This document shows positions 45,050 to 55,704 of a stretch of DNA of 64,000 nucleotides, one piece after another. Every line of letters begins with the position of its first letter. Positions within the stretch are counted from its first letter, which is position 1. The translations under genes and the position numbers were made by a program. A model generated the notes under the pieces. It was not told the origin of the DNA. It did not search any database and saw only the letters and a list, made by a program, of their open reading frames with translations. The stretch is from Alphaproteobacteria bacterium (GTDB lineage Bacteria; Pseudomonadota; Alphaproteobacteria; Micavibrionales; Micavibrionaceae), in contig JAIOYC010000001.1 of NCBI GenBank assembly GCA_021741325.1, forward strand, positions 3,906-67,905, read 5' to 3'.

Positions 45050-47056
45050 TTAATCGTTGTACTTATATTGGGGGGCTGCCCGCGACGGGGGGGCCTCCCT
45101 TTTCCATGAAGCGGATCCGGATTTTTCCAGTTCCCCTTTGCCTGTGGAGGGAGAAGATGTCCAGATCAGCCGGTCCAGCAAGCTGTTGAATCCGGACGGC
45201 GCTGACGGCGCCCCGCTCTCCTGCCCGGCCTGGAAAATGAAAGCCGGGGCGGCCGGATAAAGACCCTGACCCGCGCTGACGGCCTGCCGCCAGATCTGAG
45301 CGGGGAAACTGCCTCCGGTGACGCCCTTCATGGGAGAATCGTCATCATTCCCGAGCCATACACCTGCGGCCATCTCCGCCGTGAATCCCAAAAACCAGGC
45401 GTCCCGGCTGCTTTGGCTGGTACCCGTTTTGCCCGCGACGGGCACGGACAGCATCGCGCCCCGGCCCGTGCCATATTCCACCACATGGCGCATCATCCCG
45501 GTCAGTTCCCGCACATAGGATTCCCCCACCACGCGCCGGGTGGGGCGGTCCGGTGTGCGCTGATAATAAAGCGTGCCCTTCTTGTCGGTGATCTTGGTGA
45601 TCGCATAGGGGTATACCGCTAGACCTCCGGTGCCCAACGTGGCATACGCCGCCGTCATTTCCAGCGGAGACACGGTGCTGCTGCCCAGCGCAAGGCTTAG
45701 ATTCTCATCAAGCTTCGAATGAATACCCAGGCGGTGGCCCATGTTCACCACGGGCGCGGGCCCTACCGCCTGCATCAAACGCACGGCGGCGGTGTTAAGC
45801 GAGTTTGTCAGGGCGGTATCCAGCGTGACCTCCCCCAGATACTCGTTGCCGAAATTTTGCGGCCTGTAACGGCCTTCCATGGGGGCATCCAGAATCAGAC
45901 TCTGGCTGGTCCAGCCTTGCTCCAGAGCTGTCAGATAAACGACCGGCTTGAAAGAAGATCCCGGCTGCCGGCGCGCCTGCACCGCACGGTTGAACTGGCT
46001 GCGGCTGTAATCCGCGCCCCCCACCAAGGCCACCACGGCGCCATCCAGACGCATGACCACGGCAGCGCCCTGTGAAATCTTACGCTCCGCGCCATGGGCA
46101 TTTATAACCCCCGTCAAAGCATTTTCGGCGGCGTTTTGGATTTTGGGATTGAGCGTCGTGTGTATAATAAGGTCGTCGGTCGGCGTGCCAATCAGATCGT
46201 CCAGCCCATCCACCACCCAGTCGGCAAAATAACGGGACGCGTCTCTTGGGCTTCCGGGTTTCTGGGAAGGGCGCGGAGGCCTGCCCGTCAAGGTATCGGC
46301 CTCATCCGGTTGAATAAATCCGGCATCCTCCATAGCGGAAATCACGACATCGGCCCGCTGGCGGGCCAGCGTCGGATTGCTCAGCGGGGAATAGCGGGAA
46401 GGGGCCTTGAGCAATCCCGCTATGATCGCGGACTCCCGTAAATCAAGATCTTTAGGTTCTTTATCAAAATAGAGCCGTGCGGCGGCATCAATCCCGTATG
46501 TGCCCGATCCCAGATAGACCCGGTTTAAATAAGCGCTCAGGATTTCATCCTTGCTAAGGATGCTCTCCAGCCATAGAGCCAGCAGGGCTTCTTGAATTTT
46601 CCGCTTGATGGTGCGCTCCTGGCTCAGGAAGAGATTTTTGGCCAGCTGCTGGGTAATTGTAGATCCGCCCTGCACCGTCTTTCCCGCTTTGATGTTGGTG
46701 GCGAAGGCCCGAACGAGGCCCACAGGGTCGAGGCCGAAATGGCTATAGAATCGCCGGTCCTCAATGGCCAGAACGGCGTTGACCAGATTTTCCGGCAGAT
46801 CCTCAATACCGAGATTTTGTCCCTTCATCTCGCCGTAGCGGGCAATGACCGAGCCATCGGCCGCCTGCACGGTGATGGATGTCTTGCGCTCGAATGTCGC
46901 TTTTTTCGTGATGTCGGGAAGTTCCTGCGCATACCAGGCCATCACTCCGCCTAAAACGAGTACGCTCCAGATTCCGGCGACGAACAGCCATTTAATGGTT
47001 CCTCGAAACACGGAGCGAGTCTGAGAAGAGGATTTTTTGGTTTTCCTTCGGGCCAT
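45050..47056 (-). CDS. class A penicillin-binding protein (glycosyltransferase/transpeptidase, PBP1A family)
   Basis: GT51 motifs AIEDRRFYSHFGLDP and GGSTITQQLAKN. Transpeptidase motifs SSFKP and KTGTS. Confidence 0.9.
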   Translation of the reverse strand: MARRKTKKSSSQTRSVFRGTIKWLFVAGIWSVLVLGGVMAWYAQELPDITKKATFERKTSITVQAADGSVIARYGEMKGQNLGIEDLPENLVNAVLAIEDRRFYSHFGLDPVGLVRAFATNIKAGKTVQGGSTITQQLAKNLFLSQERTIKRKIQEALLALWLESILSKDEILSAYLNRVYLGSGTYGIDAAARLYFDKEPKDLDLRESAIIAGLLKAPSRYSPLSNPTLARQRADVVISAMEDAGFIQPDEADTLTGRPPRPSQKPGSPRDASRYFADWVVDGLDDLIGTPTDDLIIHTTLNPKIQNAAENALTGVINAHGAERKISQGAAVVMRLDGAVVALVGGADYSRSQFNRAVQARRQPGSSFKPVVYLTALEQGWTSQSLILDAPMEGRYRPQNFGNEYLGEVTLDTALTNSLNTAAVRLMQAVGPAPVVNMGHRLGIHSKLDENLSLALGSSTVSPLEMTAAYATLGTGGLAVYPYAITKITDKKGTLYYQRTPDRPTRRVVGESYVRELTGMMRHVVEYGTGRGAMLSVPVAGKTGTSQSSRDAWFLGFTAEMAAGVWLGNDDDSPMKGVTGGSFPAQIWRQAVSAGQGLYPAAPAFIFQAGQESGAPSAPSGFNSLLDRLIWTSSPSTGKGELEKSGSASWKREAPPSRAAPQYKYND

Positions 47057-47233
47057 GAAAAGCTGTTTAACACAGACGGCTGAAGAAGTGGTATCGATTT
47101 TAAGGCGGGAGTTTTCAGCGCCGATAAAGGGGGATCATTTCTCTGTTTCTTAAAAAAGATCCGCGAAAGAAATGAGGTCTATTTCCTCCTTGCCGTGCAA
47201 ATTGTAAGATGCCGAAGGGAGAGGTTTTATTTT

Positions 47234-48376
47234 ATGAAAAATATAAATATTTCTTCGCGGCAATTGATCGATTTTCTCGCCGGGCCGCAAACGGTTTTCT
47301 ACCTGCTGCCCCTCTTGATGGGAGTTCTTGTGGCCGGGACCGTGGCCCAGAAAGACCTCGGTCTGTATGAAGCCCACAGGCGCTTTTTTGAATCGCCGCT
47401 GATTTGGGCAGGGCCTCTTCCAATCCCGGGTGGGTATATGCTCATCGGGCTTCTCGCTCTGTGTCTGACGCTGAAGCTTCTTTTTAAAAGCGAGTGGCGC
47501 CTTCCAAGGGCCGGGATCATCCTCGCGCATCTGGGGGTTCTCGTCTTGCTGATCGGTGCGCTCATAAGTCTTTTTCACATGCGCGAAGGATTCATGGTCA
47601 TCGCGGAGGGAGAGCGTACTCCGTACATATATGATTACCGGGAGCGTGCGCTCCTGCTCACGGCGCCCAATACCCCGGATCAGCCTATCCCGTTCAGCGA
47701 TATCCTCAGAAATCAGCCCCTTCCAGGAATCTCTTTGCCTTTCCGTCTTGAGATCGAGAGCCTCTGCGCAAATTGCACCATTGTCCGCCGCCTGCCCGAA
47801 GAGGCCGAAGGAACAATCGGGATGGCTCGCTTCATGAAATTGCAAGCCGGGCGCCCGGCAAAGGACCCGGAAGAGAACCTTGCGGGCCTTACATTTTCAG
47901 TATCCGGTCTGGATAAAGACCAAAATGGTCTTTATATTGCTTTTGAGGGAATGCCCAAGCCCGTAAACCTGACCCACGGCGGCACGACCTACAGCCTTAT
48001 TCTGGGCCGGGCGCAGCGGAGCCTTCTTTTCAGCCTCCGCCTGGATAATTTCACCAAGGAATCCTATCCCGGCACGGACAAGGCCCGCTCCTACCGGTCG
48101 GACATCACCGTAATGGACGGCGCTTTGGAATGGCCCGCAAGGATCTCTATGAATAAGCCCCTTTACTACAAGGGGTATAAATTTTACCAGTCCTCCTTCG
48201 AACAGGGGCCGACCGGAGAGCAGATCTCCATTTTGTCCGTTGTAGAAAATGAAGGCCGCCTCTTCCCGTATATCGCGGGCGCGCTGGTTGCGGCGGGCCT
48301 TATTCTCCACCTGGCGCTTATGGCTCTGGCCCGGCACATACCGGGCGGAAAGCCCCCGAACGGAGAATCGCCGTGA
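47234..48376 (+). CDS. ccsB: System II cytochrome c biogenesis protein ResB/CcsB (compact form)
   Basis: The internal ATG at 47234. Three N-terminal TM segments, a periplasmic domain, the conserved NKPLYYKGYKFYQSSF block and a C-terminal TM segment. Confidence 0.8.
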   Translation: MKNINISSRQLIDFLAGPQTVFYLLPLLMGVLVAGTVAQKDLGLYEAHRRFFESPLIWAGPLPIPGGYMLIGLLALCLTLKLLFKSEWRLPRAGIILAHLGVLVLLIGALISLFHMREGFMVIAEGERTPYIYDYRERALLLTAPNTPDQPIPFSDILRNQPLPGISLPFRLEIESLCANCTIVRRLPEEAEGTIGMARFMKLQAGRPAKDPEENLAGLTFSVSGLDKDQNGLYIAFEGMPKPVNLTHGGTTYSLILGRAQRSLLFSLRLDNFTKESYPGTDKARSYRSDITVMDGALEWPARISMNKPLYYKGYKFYQSSFEQGPTGEQISILSVVENEGRLFPYIAGALVAAGLILHLALMALARHIPGGKPPNGESP

Positions 48377-50256
48377 AAAATATTCTGCTTTTCTTGCTGG
48401 CCATTCTGTTTCTTTTACCTTTCCCGGCCGCGGCGCAGGAGCGTCCGGACCTCTCCGATTTTCAGCGCCTCCCGATTGTCCATGAAGGGCGGGTGCAGCC
48501 CCTGGACAGTTTTGCGCGCCTCTATCTGAAGCAGATCTCCGGAAGGGAAACGCTTGATAAACTTTCCGCTGTTCAATGGCTCGCAGAGACCGTATTTACA
48601 CCTGAAATAGCGGCCGAAAAGCCCGTTTTCCGGGTGGTGGATAAATTCCTGAAAGAGCGCCTGAAGCTTAACGAACGCCGGAAGCTTTTCAGTTTGCGCG
48701 ATCTGGAAGAGGGGTTGCAGATAACCGCACCCCAGATTCAGGAACTTCTCCAGAGCGATCCGGGGCGCCTGACGGCGGAACAGCAGGGCCTCATGGATCT
48801 CCACGAGAAGGTTGTGTCCTTTCTGCAAATCCTCCGAAGCCTGTCGCTCATTCATCCGCTGGCGGTGGAACTGCCCGAAAAATACCGTGCCCTGTCGGGA
48901 GCGCCCCCCTACAGCTATGAGAGCCTCCTCACGCTGAAAGCCCCCATGGAAAAAGACCTGCGCGCCCTGGTGGCACGAAAAGGCGATAATCCGGAACTTT
49001 ATACAGGAGAAGAGAAAAAACTGACCCTGCTGGCCTACAATCTGGATCTCATACGCGATGCAGCGCGCGGCAATCAGCTTTTGCGCATCCTGCCGGCAGG
49101 GCTGGCCGGAGAAGAATGGGTTGCGCCCTGGGCTTTGCTGGAAAGCGGACAGGGCTCGCCCGCCAGCGCATCCTATTTCATCCTTTGGAAGGACATGGCG
49201 GCCGCCTACCGGAGCGGAAACCACCGCGAATTTGAAAAGGCGGCTGTAAAGGCGCGGGTCTTCATTACAAAGGAAAGAGGAGAAGATCTTTCCTCCTTCC
49301 GCATGAACCTGGAAATCCTTTTCAATCTTGTCCGTCCGCTGAGAATTGCACTTGTTCTTTATGGGTTCGCGATTTTAGGGTCCCTTATCCCTATTCACGC
49401 GGGAAAGGCTTTTGAAAAACTGAAATTACATGCGCCGACGGCATCTTTCATGTTCATGATAGGCGGGCTGGCGCTGCACGGAACGGCTCTTATGGCCCGC
49501 ATTCTTATTCTCCAGCGCCCCCCGGTGGGAACGCTCTACGAGTCGGTTTTGTTCGTGAGCTTCCTCTGTGCCCTTGCAGGCGTGGGATTTTCACGGATGA
49601 GCGGGCTCAAATTTATCCGGATAATCGGGGTATTATGTGGTTTTGGCCTTCTCGCGATTTCCCCATTCTTCAGCAGCGGAGGGGAAAGCATGGACATGCT
49701 GGCCGCCGTGCTCAACACCAGCTTCTGGCTTTCGACCCATGTGATCTGCATCATGCTGGGTTACGCGGCTTGTATTTTCTCCGCGGCCCTGGCCCATGGC
49801 TGGCTGATCCTGCGCGCGCGCAAAATGGGAGAACGAACGTGCCGCAAACTTCAGGCCGCGATTTATCTTTCTTCTCTGCTCGCTCTGTTCTTGATGGCCG
49901 TCGGCACTGTGCTGGGCGGATTGTGGGCGGATCAGTCCTGGGGACGATTTTGGGGATGGGATCCGAAGGAAAACGGTGCGCTGCTGATTGTCCTGTGGAT
50001 CGTGTGGCTGCATCACGGACGACTGGGCGGCAATCTCCGGGGACGGTCCTTCATCGCCGCCGTGGCGGCCTTGAATATCGTCGTGGCGCTGGCCTGGTTC
50101 GGGGTAAACCTCCTCAATGTCGGTCTGCATTCCTATGGATTCATCTCGGGAATTGCGGCGGGACTGGCTGGATTTTGCCTTGCCGAAACCTTGTTGATTG
50201 GCGCATTGTGGTTTTTTGCGGGAAAGGAGAAAGCCCATGAACAAATCGCCCTATAA
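48373..50256 (+). CDS. ccsA: System II cytochrome c biogenesis protein CcsA/ResC with an N-terminal extension of about 330 aa
   Basis: WWD heme-handling motif WGRFWGWDPKENGAL, polytopic C-terminal half, signal peptide MKNILLFLLAILFLLPFPAAA. 4-nt overlap with ccsB. Confidence 0.85.
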   Translation: MKNILLFLLAILFLLPFPAAAQERPDLSDFQRLPIVHEGRVQPLDSFARLYLKQISGRETLDKLSAVQWLAETVFTPEIAAEKPVFRVVDKFLKERLKLNERRKLFSLRDLEEGLQITAPQIQELLQSDPGRLTAEQQGLMDLHEKVVSFLQILRSLSLIHPLAVELPEKYRALSGAPPYSYESLLTLKAPMEKDLRALVARKGDNPELYTGEEKKLTLLAYNLDLIRDAARGNQLLRILPAGLAGEEWVAPWALLESGQGSPASASYFILWKDMAAAYRSGNHREFEKAAVKARVFITKERGEDLSSFRMNLEILFNLVRPLRIALVLYGFAILGSLIPIHAGKAFEKLKLHAPTASFMFMIGGLALHGTALMARILILQRPPVGTLYESVLFVSFLCALAGVGFSRMSGLKFIRIIGVLCGFGLLAISPFFSSGGESMDMLAAVLNTSFWLSTHVICIMLGYAACIFSAALAHGWLILRARKMGERTCRKLQAAIYLSSLLALFLMAVGTVLGGLWADQSWGRFWGWDPKENGALLIVLWIVWLHHGRLGGNLRGRSFIAAVAALNIVVALAWFGVNLLNVGLHSYGFISGIAAGLAGFCLAETLLIGALWFFAGKEKAHEQIAL

Positions 50257-50809
50257 AGGCTTGATCGTCAACGCCGTTCTGATAGGTGTTGTGGGCATTC
50301 TGGGATATGTCCTGAGCGCGTACTTTAAAGAGCGCCCGCCCACCGTCACCTCTGTTCCCGTCGCCGTGCGCTCCAATCCGAACACTCTTAAATTTCCTGA
50401 TTTTTCTTTTACGGACCTGAAGGGGAAAACATATGAGAGCACGGATTTCAAAGACAAAATCCTGATCGTGAATTTCTGGGCCTCGTGGTGCCCGCCCTGT
50501 CTGAAGGAATTTCCCGCTCTTCTGAACGCCGCCGCGAAAAATCCGGATATTGTTCTGATTGCCTTTTCTTCCGATCATGACAGGAACGCCCTGACAGGAT
50601 TTTTGAACACCCTCGGGGGGAATCCCGCCCGCCAGAAAAACGTCATCCTCGCCATGGACGAAAAAGGGCGGATCACGCGCGAGCTTTTCCAAACATATCG
50701 CCTTCCCGAAACAATTCTGGTCGGCCGGGACGGTCTGCTGAAACACAAGCTGATCGGCGCGGACTGGCAGCCCGATGATCTTCAAAGCCTTGTGGATGAA
50801 CTGCGATGA
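50237..50809 (+). CDS. TlpA/ResA-family membrane-anchored thiol:disulfide oxidoreductase
   Basis: The internal ATG at 50237 overlaps the ccsA 3' end by 20 nt. FWASWCPPCLKEFP thioredoxin CxxC motif and one N-terminal TM segment. Confidence 0.85.
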   Translation: MNKSPYKGLIVNAVLIGVVGILGYVLSAYFKERPPTVTSVPVAVRSNPNTLKFPDFSFTDLKGKTYESTDFKDKILIVNFWASWCPPCLKEFPALLNAAAKNPDIVLIAFSSDHDRNALTGFLNTLGGNPARQKNVILAMDEKGRITRELFQTYRLPETILVGRDGLLKHKLIGADWQPDDLQSLVDELR

Positions 50810-50898
50810 TTTTATATTGGGCGGCGAGGGATTATGCGCTATATTACGCACGACCTGAACATACCATTCTCCTTCCCTGTGAATTCTGAAGGCGGGAC

Positions 50899-53800
50899 AT
50901 GCCACAATCTCTTATCCAGAAAGCTCTTAAAAAGCTTCCGGCCAACGCTCCCGAGCAACAGAAAATCCTTCTGAAGGAGCTTGCCGGGGATCTCAGAAAA
51001 GACGACCTGGATCAGATTGATGACCAGCTCCTCGCGGCCACGGCCCTTTCTCACTGGTCTCTTTTAAAAAACGTGACTCAAAATGTCTCCGATATAAAAA
51101 TATACGCGCCCGCGACCCAAAACCCGAAATTCCGAAAAACTCTCATCGATATCGTCAGCGCCGACCGGGCCTTTCTGGTGGACTCGGTGGCGGCGGAAAT
51201 CAACCGAAACAAGCTGCTGATTGATTTTCTCCTTCACCCCATTTTGCATGTTAAATACAACCAGAAGGGCCAGCCTGTCGCGATCTCCCGCAAACCCATG
51301 AAGGGCTACCAGCGTCAGTCGCACATTCATATTCAGATCAAGGATACGATATCTGAAGACGATCTGGCAGAGCTGGAGAAAAGTTTGCGCAAAGTCCTGG
51401 AGGATGTGTATTTCTCCAACCGCGACTGGGCCGCGATGCTCGACAAGCTCCGGGAAACCCGGAGCGATCTTTCCAACGCCCGTACGCGCACCCCTAAGGA
51501 AGAAGTTCAGAAATACTGTTCGTTTCTGGATTATTTATACAACAACAATTTCACCCTTTTGGGATACCGGGAATATCTCTTTTCAAAGGACAAGGGCGAA
51601 TCCGGAGTACGCATCGCCAAAGGCAAGGGCCTGGGGATTTTGCATGAAGATGTGACGCCGGCCTTTATTTGCGAAAAAGACGAGGGCCTCCCCCGCCATA
51701 TACAGCCTCTCAAACGGGCGCTCCCTCCTCTGTCTGTCTCCAAAACGAACCGCCTGAGCACCGTCCACCGCCAGGTGCCGATGGATGTCATCGCAGTGGC
51801 GACCTACGATAAGGATGGAAACGTCAACGGTGAGCGGCTGTTTCTGGGTCTGTTTACATCGGTAACATATTCCCGCAGCGTGGCCGACATCCCTTTCCTG
51901 CGGGAAAAAGTGGAAGAAGTGGTCAGCCTCTCCGGGTTCATTCCGGCTTCCCACGATGCCAAGGCGCTGCGGCATATCTTGGAGAAATATCCACGTGACG
52001 AGCTTTTCCAGATCTCAGAAAAAGAGCTCTTCAGCACGGCGGTCAGCATCCTGCGCCTGCAGGAACGCCAGCGCATCGCACTGTTTATGCGCCGCGATGT
52101 TTTCAGCCGTTACATTTCCTGTCTCATCTATATTCCCCGCGACCGTTTCGGAACAACGTTCAGAAAGCGTATCGGGCGCATCCTGGAAGAAGAACTGCAA
52201 GGGGAAAGTCTTGGGTTCACGACCAGACTCGATGATTCCGTATTCGCCCGGGTGATGTTCATCATCAGGACTCCCCCCGGCAATGGAGTGAAATACGACC
52301 CTGCCCGCATCGAGAAATTGCTCCAGGAGGCCGGGAAAACATGGACGGAACAGCTTTTCGACGCTTTTTCGCAAACGCTGGACAACATCAAAGAGGTTAC
52401 GGATATCTCCCTTAAATACGGCGAAGCCTTTCCCTCGGGCTATACCGGGCATTACTCCGCCAAGGAAGCCGTCTTCGACATCCGGAAGATAGAAACCGTT
52501 CTGGAAAGCGGGCAGGTCGCCCTGGATCTGTATCGTCCCAAGGACCTGGAGCCGCACAGGTTCCGGCTGAAGGTCTTTCATCCCACCGTATCCCTGACCC
52601 TTTCGGACATCATGCCCATTCTGGAGAATATGGGCCTGCGGGTGATTTCCGAGTTGCCGTTTGAAATCAAGCCCCAGGGCGCGGACGCTTCCGTGTGGGT
52701 TCATGATTTTCTGTTGGAAACCCCCGATTCTTCTGAGGTGATCCACGCCGCGGATGTAAAAGAGATTTTCGAAGATGCCTTCGCGAAAATATGGGCCGGT
52801 AAGATGGAGAGCGATTCCCTGAACGCTCTGGTTCTGAGCGCACGGATGAACTGGCAGGAAATTATCGTGCTGCGCGCTTACGTCCATTACCTCAAGCAGC
52901 TTCGCTACCCTTTTGAGCAGCCTTACATCCAAAAAGCCCTCACGGACCACCCGGTTCTGAGCCGCCTGATGGTGAATCTTTTCAAGGCTTTTCACGATCC
53001 CCGGCAAAAGGAACAGCCGGAAAACTACGATAAGGCCATCCGGTACGGCTTGGAAAAAGTCGTTTCCCTGGACCAGGACCGCGTTCTGCGTAGCCTGAAG
53101 GCCCTGATCAACGCCACGCTGCGGACAAATTTCTATCAGCGCGACGAAAACGGCGACCCGAAAGGCTGGCTGTCTTTCAAGCTGGACTGCAAGGCCGTTG
53201 AGGACATGCCCACGCCGCGTCCCTACCGGGAAATTTTTGTCTACTCCCCCCGGGTCGAAGGGGTTCACCTGCGGGGCGACAGGATCGCGCGCGGAGGCAT
53301 CCGTTGGTCCGACCGCTACGAGGACTACCGCACGGAAATCCTGGGCCTAATGAAGGCCCAAATGGTGAAGAACGCCGTGATCGTGCCTATGGGGGCCAAG
53401 GGCGGCTTTATCCTGAGACACCCCCCGGCCGAGCGCGAAGCGCTGCGGAAAGAGGGCATCGAATGTTACCGGATTTTCATACGCGGCCTTTTGGATCTCA
53501 CGGACAATAGACGGGGCGCCAAAATCACCCCCCCTCCCAAGACGGTCCGCCGGGACGAGGACGATCCTTACCTGGTGGTCGCTGCGGACAAGGGAACGGC
53601 TACATTCTCGGACATCGCCAACAGCCTTTCTGCGGAATATGAGTTCTGGCTGGGGGATGCCTTTGCCTCAGGCGGATCCGCCGGATACGACCATAAAAAA
53701 ATGGGCATCACGGCCAAAGGCGGCTGGGAATCGGTCAAGCTTCATTTCCGGCAGCTCAACCACAATATCCAGACCCAGCCCTTCAATGTCGTGGGTGTAG

Positions 53801-55704
53801 GCGACATGGGGGGCGATGTTTTTGGAAACGCGATGCTCCTCTCTCCCCAAATCCGGATGATCGGAGCCTTCAATCATATCCATATTTTCTGCGATCCCGA
53901 CCCCGATCCCGCCGTCAGCTTCGAGGAACGGAAGCGACTCTTTGAAAATGTTTTGGGATGGGATCATTATGATCTGGCCAAACTCTCCACGGGCGGGCGT
54001 ATCTACTCCCGCTCTGAAAAAACCCTTCAGCTCACGCCTGAAATTCAAAAACGCTTCGGGCTCGCCAACGCACAGGTTTCTTCGAGCGATCTGATCCAGG
54101 CTATGCTGACCGCCGGCACGGATCTGCTTTGGTTCGGGGGGATCGGCACGTACATCAAGTCTTCCCGCGAAACCCACGCTGATGTGGGCGATAAGGCCAA
54201 TGATACGCTCCGCGTTAATGCCTCTGCCATACGCGCCAAGGTCATCGGCGAAGGGGCCAATCTGGGCATAACCCAGCTGGGGCGGGTGGAGCTCGCGGAA
54301 CGGGGCGTACGGCTCAACACCGATTTCGTGGACAACTCCGGTGGGGTCGATTGTTCCGACCACGAGGTCAACATCAAGATCCTCCTGACCGAGGTCATGC
54401 AACGGAAAACACACACGCTGACCCTCAACGCGCGCAATAAACTTCTTGAATCCATGACGGGTGATGTGGCGGCCAAAGTGCTCACCGACAATTATCAGCA
54501 GGCCCTAGCCATAAGCCTAGCCGAGCTTCAGGCCGCCGAAAATCTTCCCCTGCACGAAGAATTCATGCAGGATCTCGAACGCGAAACCGGCCTGGACAGA
54601 AAGCTCGAAGGCTTGCCGGATTCCGAAACCGTCGCGTTGCGTCTGCGCATCGGCAAGGGGCTGACCCGTCCGGAGCTATGCCTCCTGCTCTCCCACGCAA
54701 AGACCAGTTTTGCGCGCTCTCTTCTTTATACGGATCTGCCTGACGATCCGGACATGCAGAGCTGGCTGGTCCGCTATTTCCCGGAAAGTCTTCAAACCAG
54801 ATACGCCGAGGAAATTTCTCATCATCTTTTGCGGCGCGAGATCATCGCCACGGTCATGACCAATTCATTCGTCAACCGGATGGGGCCGACTTTTTTGAAG
54901 TCCCGCATGAAAAAGACAGGAAGCGGCCCGGCCGCCATTGCGCGCGCCTATGTGAACATCCGCGCGGCCTTCGGCCTGCAAACTCTCTGGAGCCGGATAG
55001 AGGGCCTGGACAACCTTGTGCCTACCCATGTCCAGCTCCGCGCCATGGCGGAGATTTCAAAACTGACGGATTACGCCGTGACCTGGCTCCTCATGCACGG
55101 GGGTACGGCTCTTACAAATCATCCCGAAGCCTTTCGCAAGAACATTGTTCAGCTGCAAAAGAATTTCGAGCGCCTTATCCCGCCGGGGCTGCAGGAAAAA
55201 ATCCGCACCGCCGCCGACAGCTGGGAAAAAGACGGCTTCCCGAAAGATCTGGCCCAAGATCTGGCCCTTATCCCCGTGCTGGCCCGGGCCTGCGACATTC
55301 TTCGCATCTCCCTGGAAAACAAGGTGGATCTCGAAGACACCGCCTCCGTTTATTTCGACATCGGGGAAACCTTCCATATGGACTGGCTGCGCCGCCAGGG
55401 GGGGTTTCTCACATCCGACGACCCCTGGTACTCCGAGGCGCTCAACGGGTTGATCGATAGGCTGTATGGCTGTCAGGCCAGCATGGCGCTGCGCGTCCTC
55501 ACGGAGATGGAAAAATCCAAGGGAAAAGACAAGGGAAAGAAGAAGCCCCGCGGCCAAACCATTTTGCAGTCCTGGCTCGAAAAGCACCCCGCGCTGCGCG
55601 ATCAGGTGATTTTGTTCCTAACGGATCTCAGAAAAAGCGGAACGGTCGATCTGCCTATTCTGGTAATTGCGGAACAACGGCTCCGGAGCTTTTGCTGCGA
55701 TTAA
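50899..55704 (+). CDS. gdhB: NAD-specific glutamate dehydrogenase, large (about 180 kDa) class
   Basis: 1601 aa. Central GDH catalytic core (..RGGIRWSDRYEDYRTEILGLMKAQMVKNAVIVPMGAKGGF.., GDMGGDVFGN) inside long N- and C-terminal extensions typical of this class. Confidence 0.93.
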   Translation: MPQSLIQKALKKLPANAPEQQKILLKELAGDLRKDDLDQIDDQLLAATALSHWSLLKNVTQNVSDIKIYAPATQNPKFRKTLIDIVSADRAFLVDSVAAEINRNKLLIDFLLHPILHVKYNQKGQPVAISRKPMKGYQRQSHIHIQIKDTISEDDLAELEKSLRKVLEDVYFSNRDWAAMLDKLRETRSDLSNARTRTPKEEVQKYCSFLDYLYNNNFTLLGYREYLFSKDKGESGVRIAKGKGLGILHEDVTPAFICEKDEGLPRHIQPLKRALPPLSVSKTNRLSTVHRQVPMDVIAVATYDKDGNVNGERLFLGLFTSVTYSRSVADIPFLREKVEEVVSLSGFIPASHDAKALRHILEKYPRDELFQISEKELFSTAVSILRLQERQRIALFMRRDVFSRYISCLIYIPRDRFGTTFRKRIGRILEEELQGESLGFTTRLDDSVFARVMFIIRTPPGNGVKYDPARIEKLLQEAGKTWTEQLFDAFSQTLDNIKEVTDISLKYGEAFPSGYTGHYSAKEAVFDIRKIETVLESGQVALDLYRPKDLEPHRFRLKVFHPTVSLTLSDIMPILENMGLRVISELPFEIKPQGADASVWVHDFLLETPDSSEVIHAADVKEIFEDAFAKIWAGKMESDSLNALVLSARMNWQEIIVLRAYVHYLKQLRYPFEQPYIQKALTDHPVLSRLMVNLFKAFHDPRQKEQPENYDKAIRYGLEKVVSLDQDRVLRSLKALINATLRTNFYQRDENGDPKGWLSFKLDCKAVEDMPTPRPYREIFVYSPRVEGVHLRGDRIARGGIRWSDRYEDYRTEILGLMKAQMVKNAVIVPMGAKGGFILRHPPAEREALRKEGIECYRIFIRGLLDLTDNRRGAKITPPPKTVRRDEDDPYLVVAADKGTATFSDIANSLSAEYEFWLGDAFASGGSAGYDHKKMGITAKGGWESVKLHFRQLNHNIQTQPFNVVGVGDMGGDVFGNAMLLSPQIRMIGAFNHIHIFCDPDPDPAVSFEERKRLFENVLGWDHYDLAKLSTGGRIYSRSEKTLQLTPEIQKRFGLANAQVSSSDLIQAMLTAGTDLLWFGGIGTYIKSSRETHADVGDKANDTLRVNASAIRAKVIGEGANLGITQLGRVELAERGVRLNTDFVDNSGGVDCSDHEVNIKILLTEVMQRKTHTLTLNARNKLLESMTGDVAAKVLTDNYQQALAISLAELQAAENLPLHEEFMQDLERETGLDRKLEGLPDSETVALRLRIGKGLTRPELCLLLSHAKTSFARSLLYTDLPDDPDMQSWLVRYFPESLQTRYAEEISHHLLRREIIATVMTNSFVNRMGPTFLKSRMKKTGSGPAAIARAYVNIRAAFGLQTLWSRIEGLDNLVPTHVQLRAMAEISKLTDYAVTWLLMHGGTALTNHPEAFRKNIVQLQKNFERLIPPGLQEKIRTAADSWEKDGFPKDLAQDLALIPVLARACDILRISLENKVDLEDTASVYFDIGETFHMDWLRRQGGFLTSDDPWYSEALNGLIDRLYGCQASMALRVLTEMEKSKGKDKGKKKPRGQTILQSWLEKHPALRDQVILFLTDLRKSGTVDLPILVIAEQRLRSFCCD

